Translations under genes and position numbers: made by a program
Source of the DNA: a virus
Strand: one strand, 5' to 3'
DNA length: 64,000 bases
IMG/VR virus record: IMGVR_UViG_3300017773_000002
Span: 24,454 to 88,453 of that record
The notes under the pieces: model-generated
Database searches by the model: none
What the model saw: the letters and a program-made list of their open reading frames with translations, nothing else
What the model was told of the DNA's origin: nothing
In this document: in pieces, positions 26,444 through 35,862 of the stretch
Position numbering within the stretch: the stretch's first letter is position 1
Layout of the letters: the number at the start of each line of letters is the position of its first letter

Positions 26444-26881
26444 ATGGCATATACTACAAGAAATCCTGAAGTTTTTGAGATACTTGAAGAGTTCAGTAAA
26501 TCTAAAAATAAAAAATCTCGATTAGAGGTTCTAAGTAAATATTCTGATGTTCAGGCACTTAAGGATGTTTTAAGAGGAACTTTTGACGATTCTTTAGAGT
26601 TTCTTTTACCCGAAGGAAAACCTCCATTCACCCCGAATAACGAAAGAAGTGTTCCCTCCACTCTATTGAGAGGGCATAAAATGTTTGGTATTTTTGTAAA
26701 TGGTGGGCCTGGCACTGATCTCCCTGCCTACAAAAGAGAAAACAAATTTATAGAACTACTAGAGTCTATCCATCCTAAAGATGCTGATTTAGTTCTCTCT
26801 ATGATAGAGAAAAAATCACCAATAAAATTCTTAACTAAAAAACTTGTACAGGAGGCATTCCCCGATTTGATCCGTAAGTAA
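26444..26881 (+). CDS. Conserved T4-like phage protein (DUF6433-like)
   Basis: LPEGKPPF...KRE..FI.LLESIHP.DA. Confidence 0.7.
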   Translation: MAYTTRNPEVFEILEEFSKSKNKKSRLEVLSKYSDVQALKDVLRGTFDDSLEFLLPEGKPPFTPNNERSVPSTLLRGHKMFGIFVNGGPGTDLPAYKRENKFIELLESIHPKDADLVLSMIEKKSPIKFLTKKLVQEAFPDLIRK

Positions 26882-26926
26882 CCCAAGGTAGCAGCTTAAA
26901 CCCACTCGACCTATAAGGAATCTACT

Positions 26927-27070
26927 ATGTCGAATAATAAAGTAAGTAATAAAACTGCAACAATTCATAGAACGTCCATGTCACTCTCCCAAACGACATA
27001 CAATTATTATTGTAATTCGAATGTGACAACGGATAATTATTATACTACAACAAAGGGTTCCAACTGCTAA
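26927..27070 (+). CDS. 47-aa Thr/Asn/Ser-rich peptide
   Basis: TAAGGA RBS; low complexity. Confidence 0.35.
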   Translation: MSNNKVSNKTATIHRTSMSLSQTTYNYYCNSNVTTDNYYTTTKGSNC

Positions 27071-27152
27071 ATAGGGGGTGATCATATCTCTTCAGGATCA
27101 GATCTCGCGTATCCTGTCGTATTGATCTACTTTATGACCAGTGAATTTTATT

Positions 27153-27389
27153 ATGGCAATTTACAACTTTAAAAATAAAGAAACCGGAGAGATCTTTGAA
27201 AAGACTCTTCGGATTTCTGACTTAGACGAATTTAAAAAAAATAATCCGGAACTGACTCAGGTTATATTATCTGCGCCTAAACTCGTTTCTGGACATACTA
27301 CAGCTCGTCAGTTGGCCGGTTCAGAATGGAATGACCATCTGAAAAATATCAAGAAGGGTGCTGGTAAGCACTCAACAATCAACACTTAA
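27153..27389 (+). CDS. FmdB-like small protein (Cys-less)
   Basis: MAIYNFKNKETGEIFE...W.D.LK.IK. Confidence 0.6.
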   Translation: MAIYNFKNKETGEIFEKTLRISDLDEFKKNNPELTQVILSAPKLVSGHTTARQLAGSEWNDHLKNIKKGAGKHSTINT

Positions 27390-27404
27390 TATAGGAATAT
27401 ATAC

Positions 27405-27851
27405 ATGAATAGAGAAAATGTCTTTGAGACGTTAAAAATAGATGAAGGCGTTAAGTATGAAATTTATCTTGACCATCTTGGTTACCCTACTTTTGGTGTG
27501 GGGCATTTGGTCACGGAAAATGATCCGGAATACGGACAAGATGTTGGAACAGAAATCTCTGAAGAGAGAGTCTGGGAATGTTTCGAAACCGATCTGGACA
27601 CCGCGATTTCCGAGTGCGAAGCTCTATACGAAGAGCGGACTTATGGAGATTTCCCCGACGAAGTCAAAGAGATACTGGTTAATATGATGTTCAATATGGG
27701 AAGGACTCGTCTTAGTAAGTTTAAGAACATGACTGCTGCATTACTGGATGGTGACTGGGAAAGAGCTGCTGTAGAAGGTAGAGATTCTCGTTGGCACAAA
27801 CAAGTAACGAATCGAGCAGAACGATTAATGGTGAGACTAGAGAATGTCTAA
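27405..27851 (+). CDS. T4-type lysozyme (GH24) endolysin
   Basis: IDEG..YLDHLGYPTFGVGH (E-D-T triad), NMMFNMG, SRWHKQV.NRA. Confidence 0.9.
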   Translation: MNRENVFETLKIDEGVKYEIYLDHLGYPTFGVGHLVTENDPEYGQDVGTEISEERVWECFETDLDTAISECEALYEERTYGDFPDEVKEILVNMMFNMGRTRLSKFKNMTAALLDGDWERAAVEGRDSRWHKQVTNRAERLMVRLENV

Positions 27852-28689
27852 AAACGCTATCTTCCAATATATGATAACAAGTAGTGTTGTCGACCAACGT
27901 GGAGACATCAAAGGAAGAAACCGATCAGAACTCTATCAAGAGTGCGCATCAATATCTAGGAAATCTTTTGAAGCATATGCAGATTTGATTTGCGCTGACC
28001 ATCACTACTCGGATAAAAGAGTATTCACTGAAGGACATGGTTGTTCGACATCACTTCTTTATGAATGTCTTCGAGTGATTTATGATCCAATGTTTGACAA
28101 ATATGATAACGTTCTATTTGTTGATACTGATATTGTAGTGAACACAACAAAAAATATATTTGATGAATGTTGTGTTGGCGCAGAAGTCTATGGTGTATTG
28201 GAATCAGATATAGTTACATCAAATGGCGGTGGGTATAATTCTTGGGACTATAAAGAAAGTACATACAATGACTTCTGTTCTAAGTTTGATATGCATAACT
28301 GTCCTATATTGCCGACATTACCTCCCAGTAGACCATCTAAGTTGACAATCCTCAATACTGGAGTGGTTATCTGGACTAAGGAAGCCAGACTTCGTGCGAG
28401 AAAGGAGTTTGATTCTTGGGAAGATTGGTGTTATTCTCAACCATCTTTTCATATGTCTATAATGAACGATCAACCCTATATTTCCGCACAACTTGGAAAA
28501 CATGAATTCGACCTAGAATGTTTGGGTCAAGAATGGAACGATTCTCCGCATTATAATACAGAAGAAGAATTCTTCGAAAAGGCTAACTTCTGTCATTATA
28601 CCGGAGGAGACTGGAAGATAGATATGACTCGTCATTGGCATCAAAGAAAGTATAAAGTAATGCCTTGGGAAAGAACTTTAGTTCCATAG
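27844..28689 (+). CDS. GT-A glycosyltransferase (GT8/GT34-like)
   Basis: FVDTD, LNTGV, NDQ, WN, CHY. Confidence 0.7.
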   Translation: MSKNAIFQYMITSSVVDQRGDIKGRNRSELYQECASISRKSFEAYADLICADHHYSDKRVFTEGHGCSTSLLYECLRVIYDPMFDKYDNVLFVDTDIVVNTTKNIFDECCVGAEVYGVLESDIVTSNGGGYNSWDYKESTYNDFCSKFDMHNCPILPTLPPSRPSKLTILNTGVVIWTKEARLRARKEFDSWEDWCYSQPSFHMSIMNDQPYISAQLGKHEFDLECLGQEWNDSPHYNTEEEFFEKANFCHYTGGDWKIDMTRHWHQRKYKVMPWERTLVP

Positions 28690-28694
28690 AACAC

Positions 28695-28723
28695 TTGACA
28701 TTTCTTGTTCAATGGGTTATAAT
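28695..28723 (+). promoter_or_regulatory. Early promoter
   Basis: TTGACA-17-TATAAT. Confidence 0.85.
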
Positions 28724-28746
28724 ACCTGTATTGAATGGAGATATAA

Positions 28747-29328
28747 ATGAAAGAAAAAGTAATATTAGTAGACTGTGATGGTGTTTTGTTGGATTGGGTC
28801 TACGCATTCACTCAGTGGATGGATCGTCACGGATATAAGTTAGATCCTAATGCTGACAAGATTTACAGTATCAACCAAAGATACAACATAGAAAAATTAG
28901 AAGGTAAAAGGCTCGTAAGAATGTTCAATGAGAGTGCGGTAATTCGTAAATTACCTCCTCTTAGAGACGCTATGAAGTATGTTAAGAAGTTGCATGAACA
29001 ACATGGTTATGTTTTCCATGCAATAACTAGTTTGAGTAACGATCAGTATGCACAACATTTAAGAACTAAAAATCTTATTGAATTGTTCGGTCCAACACCC
29101 TTCGAGAAGTATGTTTATTTAGATACTGGTGCTGATAAAGACGAAGCTTTAGAAGAGTATCGTGATACTGGATGTTACTGGATAGAAGACAAACCTGAGA
29201 ACTGTGATGTTGGTTCTAAGATGGGTTTAGAAAGTTTATTGGTTGCTCATGAGCACAATGCAAATTACAAGGGACACGCAACACGTGTTCAAAACTGGAA
29301 AGAGATCTATAAGATCATAACTGAATAA
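28747..29328 (+). CDS. HAD 5'-nucleotidase-like protein (T4 gp30.2-like)
   Basis: LVDCDGVLLDW, AITS, WIEDK, HN. Confidence 0.8.
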   Translation: MKEKVILVDCDGVLLDWVYAFTQWMDRHGYKLDPNADKIYSINQRYNIEKLEGKRLVRMFNESAVIRKLPPLRDAMKYVKKLHEQHGYVFHAITSLSNDQYAQHLRTKNLIELFGPTPFEKYVYLDTGADKDEALEEYRDTGCYWIEDKPENCDVGSKMGLESLLVAHEHNANYKGHATRVQNWKEIYKIITE

Positions 29329-29337
29329 GGAGTCAAT

Positions 29338-29613
29338 ATGACTATTAAAGCGCCTAACTGGTGTCCACATGCGGTACCTACTTCAAGAGGATGGGAGAAT
29401 CCCGTTACTGGAGAAGTGTATAAAAAACAAGTTTTAACAACTGAACAAATCGCTGAATTTTTTACTGCGGCTGCTCCTTCAGAACCACCCGTGGTTCAAA
29501 AGGTTGTTTTCGATTCTTTTGACGTAAAACCAACTTCTTCTATGCAGTTAAATGAAGTTATGTACGACAATAAAATGGACGAGAACAATTCAAATAAGGA
29601 ATGGGCAGATTAA
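29338..29613 (+). CDS. Conserved hypothetical protein
   Basis: PNW...PTSRGW.NP.TGE; AAGGAG RBS. Confidence 0.6.
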   Translation: MTIKAPNWCPHAVPTSRGWENPVTGEVYKKQVLTTEQIAEFFTAAAPSEPPVVQKVVFDSFDVKPTSSMQLNEVMYDNKMDENNSNKEWAD

Positions 29614-29615
29614 AA

Positions 29616-29927
29616 ATGCTTAAACACAATGACTCCGCCACTGAACTATTGACTATTCTTCAAGAAGAGTGTGCGGAAGTCATACAAGAAGCCTCTAAAG
29701 TTAAAAGGTTTGGTCAAGAACAATCCAATATAAGTAGACTCGCTAAAGAAGTGGGTGACTTAGTTTGTATGATTGAACTTTTACAAGAATGGGAAGTTGT
29801 TTCTCATAGTGCTGTAGAAAATTCTAGACAACAAAAATTAGATAAATTAAAAATATGGTCTAATTTATTTTCAAGTGAAGAAGAAAGGTCCCTATATTAT
29901 GACGACATTGTTGTCTCTGAGAACTGA
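29616..29927 (+). CDS. MazG-like NTP pyrophosphohydrolase
   Basis: QEECAE...SK..RFG...EVGD. Confidence 0.7.
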   Translation: MLKHNDSATELLTILQEECAEVIQEASKVKRFGQEQSNISRLAKEVGDLVCMIELLQEWEVVSHSAVENSRQQKLDKLKIWSNLFSSEEERSLYYDDIVVSEN

Positions 29928-30150
29928 TAAAAACATATCTATCCTTAAGTGGATAGGAACTATATTATTTTTCACAGCTGGAATTTTACTAAGTAGCAAG
30001 ATAGGAATAAGTCGATGGGGGTATATTTTATTCTTTATCGGACACTTAATTTTTATCTATGTTTTTTGGAAAGATCGTCCCATGCTTACACAAAATATTA
30101 TGTTTACGACAATAGACTTATGGGGAATTTATCGTTGGTGGTTGATATAA
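29899..30150 (+). CDS. Small 3-TM membrane protein
   Basis: Three hydrophobic segments; GIYRW end. Confidence 0.6.
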   Translation: MTTLLSLRTDKNISILKWIGTILFFTAGILLSSKIGISRWGYILFFIGHLIFIYVFWKDRPMLTQNIMFTTIDLWGIYRWWLI

Positions 30151-30157
30151 AATAATA

Positions 30158-30165
30158 TATAAATA
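30158..30165 (+). promoter_or_regulatory. T4-type late promoter
   Basis: Intergenic TATAAATA. Confidence 0.75.
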
Positions 30166-30193
30166 AACATATCACCAATTTAAGGATAAATCG

Positions 30194-31645
30194 ATGAAGT
30201 ATGTGGGTTTTAGTGAACATTATCATGATGCTGGTTTTGTAATTATAGATGAGTCCGGAAATGTAGATTTTGCTACACATTCAGAACGATATAGTAAGAA
30301 GAAAAATGATCCCAGAATAAACTCAGAAATATGGAAAAGAGTTTGTGAGGGGGATCATATTTCCTTTTATGAAGACCACTCCTTAAAATTTAATGTTAGG
30401 GGTGGTCTTGGTACCTCAAACTATAGACCAGAAAATAATAGACATTTTGATATCTCGTATCTTCATCATCAATCTCATTGCGCTACAGCTTTCTACACTC
30501 GTCCTTGGGATAGTGTGGATGATACTGTTCAGGTTTCTATAGATGGAGTTGGTGAACTTCAGACAGCCTGTATTTTAGATAAAGATTTTAATTTAATTAA
30601 AGAATGGCATTATCCTAAATCTGTGGGTTTGATTTACACGCTAGTAACAACATTTTTAGGTTTGCGTCCCCTCGAAGACGAATATGTTGTAATGGGACTA
30701 TCCTCCTATGGAGAGGATAAATTCAGTAATTGGATAATAGAACAATATAAAAATTTTTCTGATACCGCTGATGAAGTTTCTATGGGAATTTTGGTTGGTG
30801 ATCCGGAAAAATCCGACAGAGAAAAACAAAGAATAAATTTTCGTGATGTTTTAAAACAAAAAGTCGAATCTAACTCTAGAGAAGATGCTGCAGCATCTTG
30901 TCAGGCATTTGCCGAATGGGCTATTATGGATATAATGCAAGAAGCCCGAAAACACGGTAGTAAGTTGGTGTATAGTGGCGGATGCGCACAAAATGTAATT
31001 ATTAATTCATTACTTCCTAAAATATTTGATGAAGTTCATATCGCAGTATCCCCCACTGATGCCGGTTCAGCTTTAGGTTGTGCCGCACTTTCTTGGGCAA
31101 AAGAAACTGGTAAGAATAAACTTATTTGGACCCCGTATTCCGGTTATAATATCGAAAGAAAAATCAATCCCAAAAAAATTGTCGATCATTTAATAGAAAA
31201 AAAAATATGCGGTATAGCTAACGGTAAAGCTGAATTTGGACCTAGAGCTTTGGGCAATAGATCTTTGATTGCTGATGTCAGATACGATGTTAAAGATACG
31301 GTAAATAATATCAAACGAAGACAAATGTATCGTCCTTTCGCTCCAGCTATATTAGAGGAATATGTGGAAGACTACTTCCTTGGATGTACTAATGAATATA
31401 TGCAATATACTTCTATTGCGTTACATGACTATAAGTCAGTTACTCATATAGACGGTACTGCTAGAGTACAAGTGGTAAAGAAAGACTGTAATTCTATATT
31501 TCGAAAAATAATTGAAGAGTATTATGAACGTACTGGAGTCCCCATGTTACTAAATACTTCTTTAAATATACGTGGAAGACCTATGGTCAACGACGAAAAT
31601 GACGCTAAACTTTGGCAACAACAGTATAATGTAAAGGTATTTTAA
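30194..31645 (+). CDS. O-carbamoyltransferase (NodU/CmcH/TobZ family)
   Basis: HDA, ERYS, HHQSH, DGVGE, GGCAQN, EFGPRALGNRS, RPFAP, HIDGTARVQ, LNTS. Confidence 0.92.
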   Translation: MKYVGFSEHYHDAGFVIIDESGNVDFATHSERYSKKKNDPRINSEIWKRVCEGDHISFYEDHSLKFNVRGGLGTSNYRPENNRHFDISYLHHQSHCATAFYTRPWDSVDDTVQVSIDGVGELQTACILDKDFNLIKEWHYPKSVGLIYTLVTTFLGLRPLEDEYVVMGLSSYGEDKFSNWIIEQYKNFSDTADEVSMGILVGDPEKSDREKQRINFRDVLKQKVESNSREDAAASCQAFAEWAIMDIMQEARKHGSKLVYSGGCAQNVIINSLLPKIFDEVHIAVSPTDAGSALGCAALSWAKETGKNKLIWTPYSGYNIERKINPKKIVDHLIEKKICGIANGKAEFGPRALGNRSLIADVRYDVKDTVNNIKRRQMYRPFAPAILEEYVEDYFLGCTNEYMQYTSIALHDYKSVTHIDGTARVQVVKKDCNSIFRKIIEEYYERTGVPMLLNTSLNIRGRPMVNDENDAKLWQQQYNVKVF

Positions 31646-31646
31646 A

Positions 31647-32003
31647 ATGGCAAAAGCAACAAAAGAAAAAGAAAAAACGCTCACGGTAGATAGTGATGGT
31701 TCTCTAGCCAAAGCTGATACCAATGGTGATGGTCATGTAACAGAGACCGAACTGGAAATGCATATGGAGTTCAAAAGAAAAGAACTTGAAGATGCTGATG
31801 CGATGCGAGATGCACAACGAAAGATGGCTTGGTTCTCTCTATATGGAATGTTGTTATATCCTTTCGCGGTTGTTCTTGCATCTGTCGTAGGTTTAGATGA
31901 AGCGACAAAGACACTGGGTTCTATGGCTCCCACATACTTCGTTTCGGTTGCTGCTATAGTTGCGGCATTTTATGCGAAGGAAGCAATGGGTACTAAAAAA
32001 TAA
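31647..32003 (+). CDS. EF-hand plus two-TM membrane protein (holin candidate)
   Basis: DTNGDGHVTETE loop; two hydrophobic helices. Confidence 0.55.
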   Translation: MAKATKEKEKTLTVDSDGSLAKADTNGDGHVTETELEMHMEFKRKELEDADAMRDAQRKMAWFSLYGMLLYPFAVVLASVVGLDEATKTLGSMAPTYFVSVAAIVAAFYAKEAMGTKK

Positions 32004-32013
32004 GGATTGATAG

Positions 32014-32493
32014 ATGTCACATAAAGATGTAAATCCACATATATTATTTCCTTTTTTAATTTCTTGTGCGGCTGCTTTTATTATTTCCTTCGCATTTGAT
32101 AACGTAAAACATAGAGGTCATAACCCCCAAAGTGCATGTATAAATGAGTGTTATGAAAAGTTGTTAGAAAGACGAGAAGTTGCTAGGGTCGCTAAAATAG
32201 AAGAAGAAAGACTTATCGCAGCAGGCGTTATTGAAGCTCCTGTAGTCGTGGAAGACCCCACCCCACCTATGTGGAATGGATGTGCTGGGTGTCATGGCAC
32301 GAAGGGTGAAGGAATGGGAATGTTTCCAAAGATCGCTGGTCAAAGTAAAGAATACATTACAACTGCTTTACTGGAATATAAAAATAGACAAGAGAGGGGA
32401 AGACAGTCCATGATAATGTGGTCACAGGCATCTTTTTTGTCTGATAGAGATATTGACACTCTCGGAAATTTCATTAGTAATTTGGAAAACTGA
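32014..32493 (+). CDS. Membrane-anchored class I c-type cytochrome (c4/c553-like)
   Basis: N-terminal TM; CAGCHG heme motif; PKIAGQ..YI...L..YK; axial Met candidate IM. Confidence 0.85.
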   Translation: MSHKDVNPHILFPFLISCAAAFIISFAFDNVKHRGHNPQSACINECYEKLLERREVARVAKIEEERLIAAGVIEAPVVVEDPTPPMWNGCAGCHGTKGEGMGMFPKIAGQSKEYITTALLEYKNRQERGRQSMIMWSQASFLSDRDIDTLGNFISNLEN

Positions 32494-33353
32494 TGACTGA
32501 ACTCGTTACTTGGAGAGGAACTCCGGGCGTAGGTGATTTTATGTGGGCACTTAACTGCTCTCATTTACACTCTTGGAGATCAAAAACACCAATAAATTTA
32601 GAGATGCATTGGTCTCACGACGAAAACCATCTTCATCATTTTGAAGATCCAGAAACAATTATAGAAAGGATGCAATATATACATAATTTCTATGACAGAA
32701 AGAATGATGTAAGAATATCACATGTTATAAATGCTAAAGGTAGATATAGTTTTTGGAAGTATGAAGACGATATAAAATTACTGGAAGACGGTTCAAAGGT
32801 TCAAGTGGCTAGAAATATAGAAAAAACAAGATTTTATTTTCAATCGGGAATATATTCTGATAAGAGAGGAAATAAAGCTCCAGAAAATGATTGGTTGTTT
32901 AGGAGTGATTCATTCCAAAAAACTATATCTAATAAAATAGTTTTTTGGAGACCCACATTTAATGCAGAAACGCCAAGAACATGGAAAAGGGGTTTAACAA
33001 ACCGAGATTGGGAAATTATAATAGATAAATTAAAATCTCATGGTTTTCAGATGGTTGAACTGACATACAGAACTCCCATACGAGAAGCTATGTGGCATAT
33101 TGCAACTTGTAGACAAGTTATATGTTATGATGGTATGTGGCATTATGTCGCTAAGAATTTTTGTAAACCTTTATTGGTAGTTAGTGAAGAAGGTATAACT
33201 AAATACCACACTAAATATGCGGTAAGGTCAAGTCACAATATCAAAACTAACGCTAATATTTGGTTTTGGGTAGATAACCCTAAAATAATGTTGAAACACT
33301 CTCAAAAGAAGGCCGACAATTTTAGAGAGAAAATGAGAGAGATTAGACAATGA
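32493..33353 (+). CDS. Possible GT-B (GT9-like) glycosyltransferase
   Basis: GVGD near N-terminus; CYDGMWHYVA..KP. Confidence 0.45.
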   Translation: MTELVTWRGTPGVGDFMWALNCSHLHSWRSKTPINLEMHWSHDENHLHHFEDPETIIERMQYIHNFYDRKNDVRISHVINAKGRYSFWKYEDDIKLLEDGSKVQVARNIEKTRFYFQSGIYSDKRGNKAPENDWLFRSDSFQKTISNKIVFWRPTFNAETPRTWKRGLTNRDWEIIIDKLKSHGFQMVELTYRTPIREAMWHIATCRQVICYDGMWHYVAKNFCKPLLVVSEEGITKYHTKYAVRSSHNIKTNANIWFWVDNPKIMLKHSQKKADNFREKMREIRQ

Positions 33354-34342
33354 AATTACCATTACATATAGACAGAGCTGTAATAGAGATTGTGGGTGGC
33401 TGCAATTACTCTTGTAGTATGTGTCCACAAGATTTGCGTGAGGGTGGCAGAGACAAAGGGTTTCGTCGTATGATGAAACTTGAAGAGTTTGAAAGTTATG
33501 TAGCCGACTGTGCGAAATACGGAGTAAGAGTTATAAATTTAGACGGTTCCGGTGAAGCAACTATGCAAAAGAAACTTCCTGAGTTCATTAAAGTTGTTAA
33601 AAAATACGGAGCTAAATGTTTTATCTTTTCTAATGGATTTAAAATGGAAGGTAAGTACATGAGAGATTGTGTTGATGCCGGTCTTGATTTTTATAGATTC
33701 TCCTTCATTGGTTCAAACCAAGAAGACTACACTAAATGGATGCACAATGCAGTAGGAGGGACATACGCTGGTATTCGTCAGAATATTGAGGAAATGGTAG
33801 AGTATGTTAATTCTAGTGGTTCTGATTGTGTAATTTCTACATATCATCTCATCACTGATAATAAAAATATCGATCAAGAGTTAGAACAGTATAAAAGAAT
33901 TGTCGATGAACTGGGTGTAAAAACTGAGATATGGAAAATGCACAACTGGTCTGGTGTGCAAGATATTGAGGATGTAGGTGTTAGGTCAGGTTCAGTAAAA
34001 ACATGTGGTCGTCCATTTTCTCCTGATGTGGTCATTCGCGCTGGTGGATTGGATGGTAAGAAGGGTGCGGTTCATCCTTGTTGTCAAGTTCTTGGTAGAG
34101 ATACTGAGGCTGTATTGGGACATATGGAAGACAACACTATAGAAGAGATATGGAATGGTCCTCAATATACTGAACTTAGAGAACAACATACTTCCGGAAA
34201 CTACCCAGACTTCTGTAAAAACTGTGATTTCTTAATTGACGATCCAGAAGTTTTAGTGTATACTAACCATGAGAGAGATCTTATGAAAATGCATGGAACA
34301 GAATTTGATTTAAAAGATTTCCAAAACCCAGAAAACTTGTGA
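33350..34342 (+). CDS. Radical SAM enzyme with SPASM/twitch domain
   Basis: CNYSCSMC; GSGE; C..PF...PCC...LG...IW...CxxC. Confidence 0.9.
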   Translation: MKLPLHIDRAVIEIVGGCNYSCSMCPQDLREGGRDKGFRRMMKLEEFESYVADCAKYGVRVINLDGSGEATMQKKLPEFIKVVKKYGAKCFIFSNGFKMEGKYMRDCVDAGLDFYRFSFIGSNQEDYTKWMHNAVGGTYAGIRQNIEEMVEYVNSSGSDCVISTYHLITDNKNIDQELEQYKRIVDELGVKTEIWKMHNWSGVQDIEDVGVRSGSVKTCGRPFSPDVVIRAGGLDGKKGAVHPCCQVLGRDTEAVLGHMEDNTIEEIWNGPQYTELREQHTSGNYPDFCKNCDFLIDDPEVLVYTNHERDLMKMHGTEFDLKDFQNPENL

Positions 34343-34369
34343 AAATGTTGATATATAGTTGGTTATTTT

Positions 34370-34377
34370 TATAAATA
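34370..34377 (+). promoter_or_regulatory. T4-type late promoter
   Basis: Intergenic TATAAATA. Confidence 0.75.
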
Positions 34378-34435
34378 GTATTAGAAAATACCTTTCTTAA
34401 AGGGCAAACGTAGAAGAACTAACGAGGAAAATTCT

Positions 34436-35089
34436 ATGAAAACACAAGAACAGCGTTCAAGATTTGCTGTAAGTTATCCAGAAGGAGGCGCCTTTTTGGT
34501 TGCTTCTTTGGTCGGTCAGTACATTATTGAAAAGTACAGAGTTACAGGTAAATCTTCAGTAGAAGCTGCTTTCAATAGTAGTGACTATGGATTCCATCCT
34601 CTAGTTCCTACGCACTTAAACTTTGATGGTAATGATTCTTTTACTAATATAGACACTTTAATGAAGGTTTGTCCCGAACAAAAGTTTCTTATCAAAAGAG
34701 ATCCTGTCGATTGTCTTGCTTCTAGGTACATTAAATACACAGAAAATCATGGAGATCTTCCCTTAGAACACTTTTTGTCTGAGGATTATATGACAAAATC
34801 AATAAGAGATTTTGACGATAGTATTAAAGATATTGATTTTTGTGATGTATTTTATTATGAAAATTTAACAGAAAATCCAGAATCAGTTATTACAAAAATA
34901 CTTCATAGATGCATAGGGGAACTAAATAACGACAGTGTAGATCTAGCTGTAGTTGATTTTATAATTAACTCGTCTAATATTAAAAGTTTTAGAAAGGATA
35001 TATCTGTATTTTCTAGTGATAGTGTCGGAATTTCTGAGAATATTTTCACGCCATTACAGATAGAACGTATAAAAATTAATTTAAGTTAA
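34436..35089 (+). CDS. Sulfotransferase-fold protein (degenerate 5'-PSB loop)
   Basis: SYPEGG, RDPVDCLAS, YENL..NP. Confidence 0.55.
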   Translation: MKTQEQRSRFAVSYPEGGAFLVASLVGQYIIEKYRVTGKSSVEAAFNSSDYGFHPLVPTHLNFDGNDSFTNIDTLMKVCPEQKFLIKRDPVDCLASRYIKYTENHGDLPLEHFLSEDYMTKSIRDFDDSIKDIDFCDVFYYENLTENPESVITKILHRCIGELNNDSVDLAVVDFIINSSNIKSFRKDISVFSSDSVGISENIFTPLQIERIKINLS

Positions 35090-35126
35090 AACTAAAAATG
35101 AATTTTATATTATGAATAACAATTAC

Positions 35127-35160
35127 AAAGGACAGGTGGATATTTTCGTCTGTCCTTTTT
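35127..35160. terminator. Intrinsic terminator
   Basis: AAAGGACAGGTG...CGTCTGTCCTTTTT stem-loop. Confidence 0.65.
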
Positions 35161-35205
35161 ATTATCTGTAGAATAGTAATATTTATTCTATGTGTATATA
35201 GATGT

Positions 35206-35862
35206 ATGAATAATATATTTCTTACAGGTTGCGATAGAAATACAGAATGGCAACTACCTTGGTTTCTAAATAATTATTTTAGAAACAATAGTACTCCCAT
35301 AAGAGTAGCTAATTTTGGTATGTCCGAAGAAATGTTGGATCACCTTTCGTCCATCGACGTTGATGTGTATATTCCATACAAAGTAGATCAAGTTGGAAAG
35401 GGTCTGAAGGGTTGGTTCAAAAAACCTAGGACTATATACGAGGCAACATATCCAAACAAACTAGTTTGTTGGTTAGATACTGATTGTGAAGTTGTTTCTG
35501 ATATAAGTTCTATATTTGACTACTACGTAGAGGATAAGATTGGTATGGTACATGATCGACCTTGGTCCAAAAGAAGACCCGATAATGGACCTTGGTACAA
35601 TAGTGGTGTTGTACTTACCAACAGAAATTGGAATCTGAGAAATTGGGTATTGGCTTGTGAAAAAAACCCCGTCGAGAGTGATCAACAAGTCCTACATTAC
35701 TCTATGTCGGAAATAGAGAAGATAGGGGTTATAGAACCCTTACCCCATAAGTTTAACTCTCTTAGATTGGATTATGTGGACGGTATAGAGGTTAAAAACC
35801 CTCTTATTATCCATCACACCGGAAGTAAGGGTAATGATAAAATTAGGAGTATGATGTCATGA
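35206..35862 (+). CDS. GT-A glycosyltransferase (GT8-like)
   Basis: WFKKP, WLDTD, YNSGV, SDQ, HHTG. Confidence 0.75.
   Translation: MNNIFLTGCDRNTEWQLPWFLNNYFRNNSTPIRVANFGMSEEMLDHLSSIDVDVYIPYKVDQVGKGLKGWFKKPRTIYEATYPNKLVCWLDTDCEVVSDISSIFDYYVEDKIGMVHDRPWSKRRPDNGPWYNSGVVLTNRNWNLRNWVLACEKNPVESDQQVLHYSMSEIEKIGVIEPLPHKFNSLRLDYVDGIEVKNPLIIHHTGSKGNDKIRSMMS

Noticed and set aside
27442-27687. Out-of-frame hydrophobic ORF nested in the lysozyme (embedded holin?)
   Set aside because: No RBS; +1 frames of genes rich in T-ending codons are routinely hydrophobic.
34385-34430. c-di-GMP-I riboswitch (GGGCAAAC)
   Set aside because: The GNRA-capped P2 stem and the P3/receptor elements are missing.
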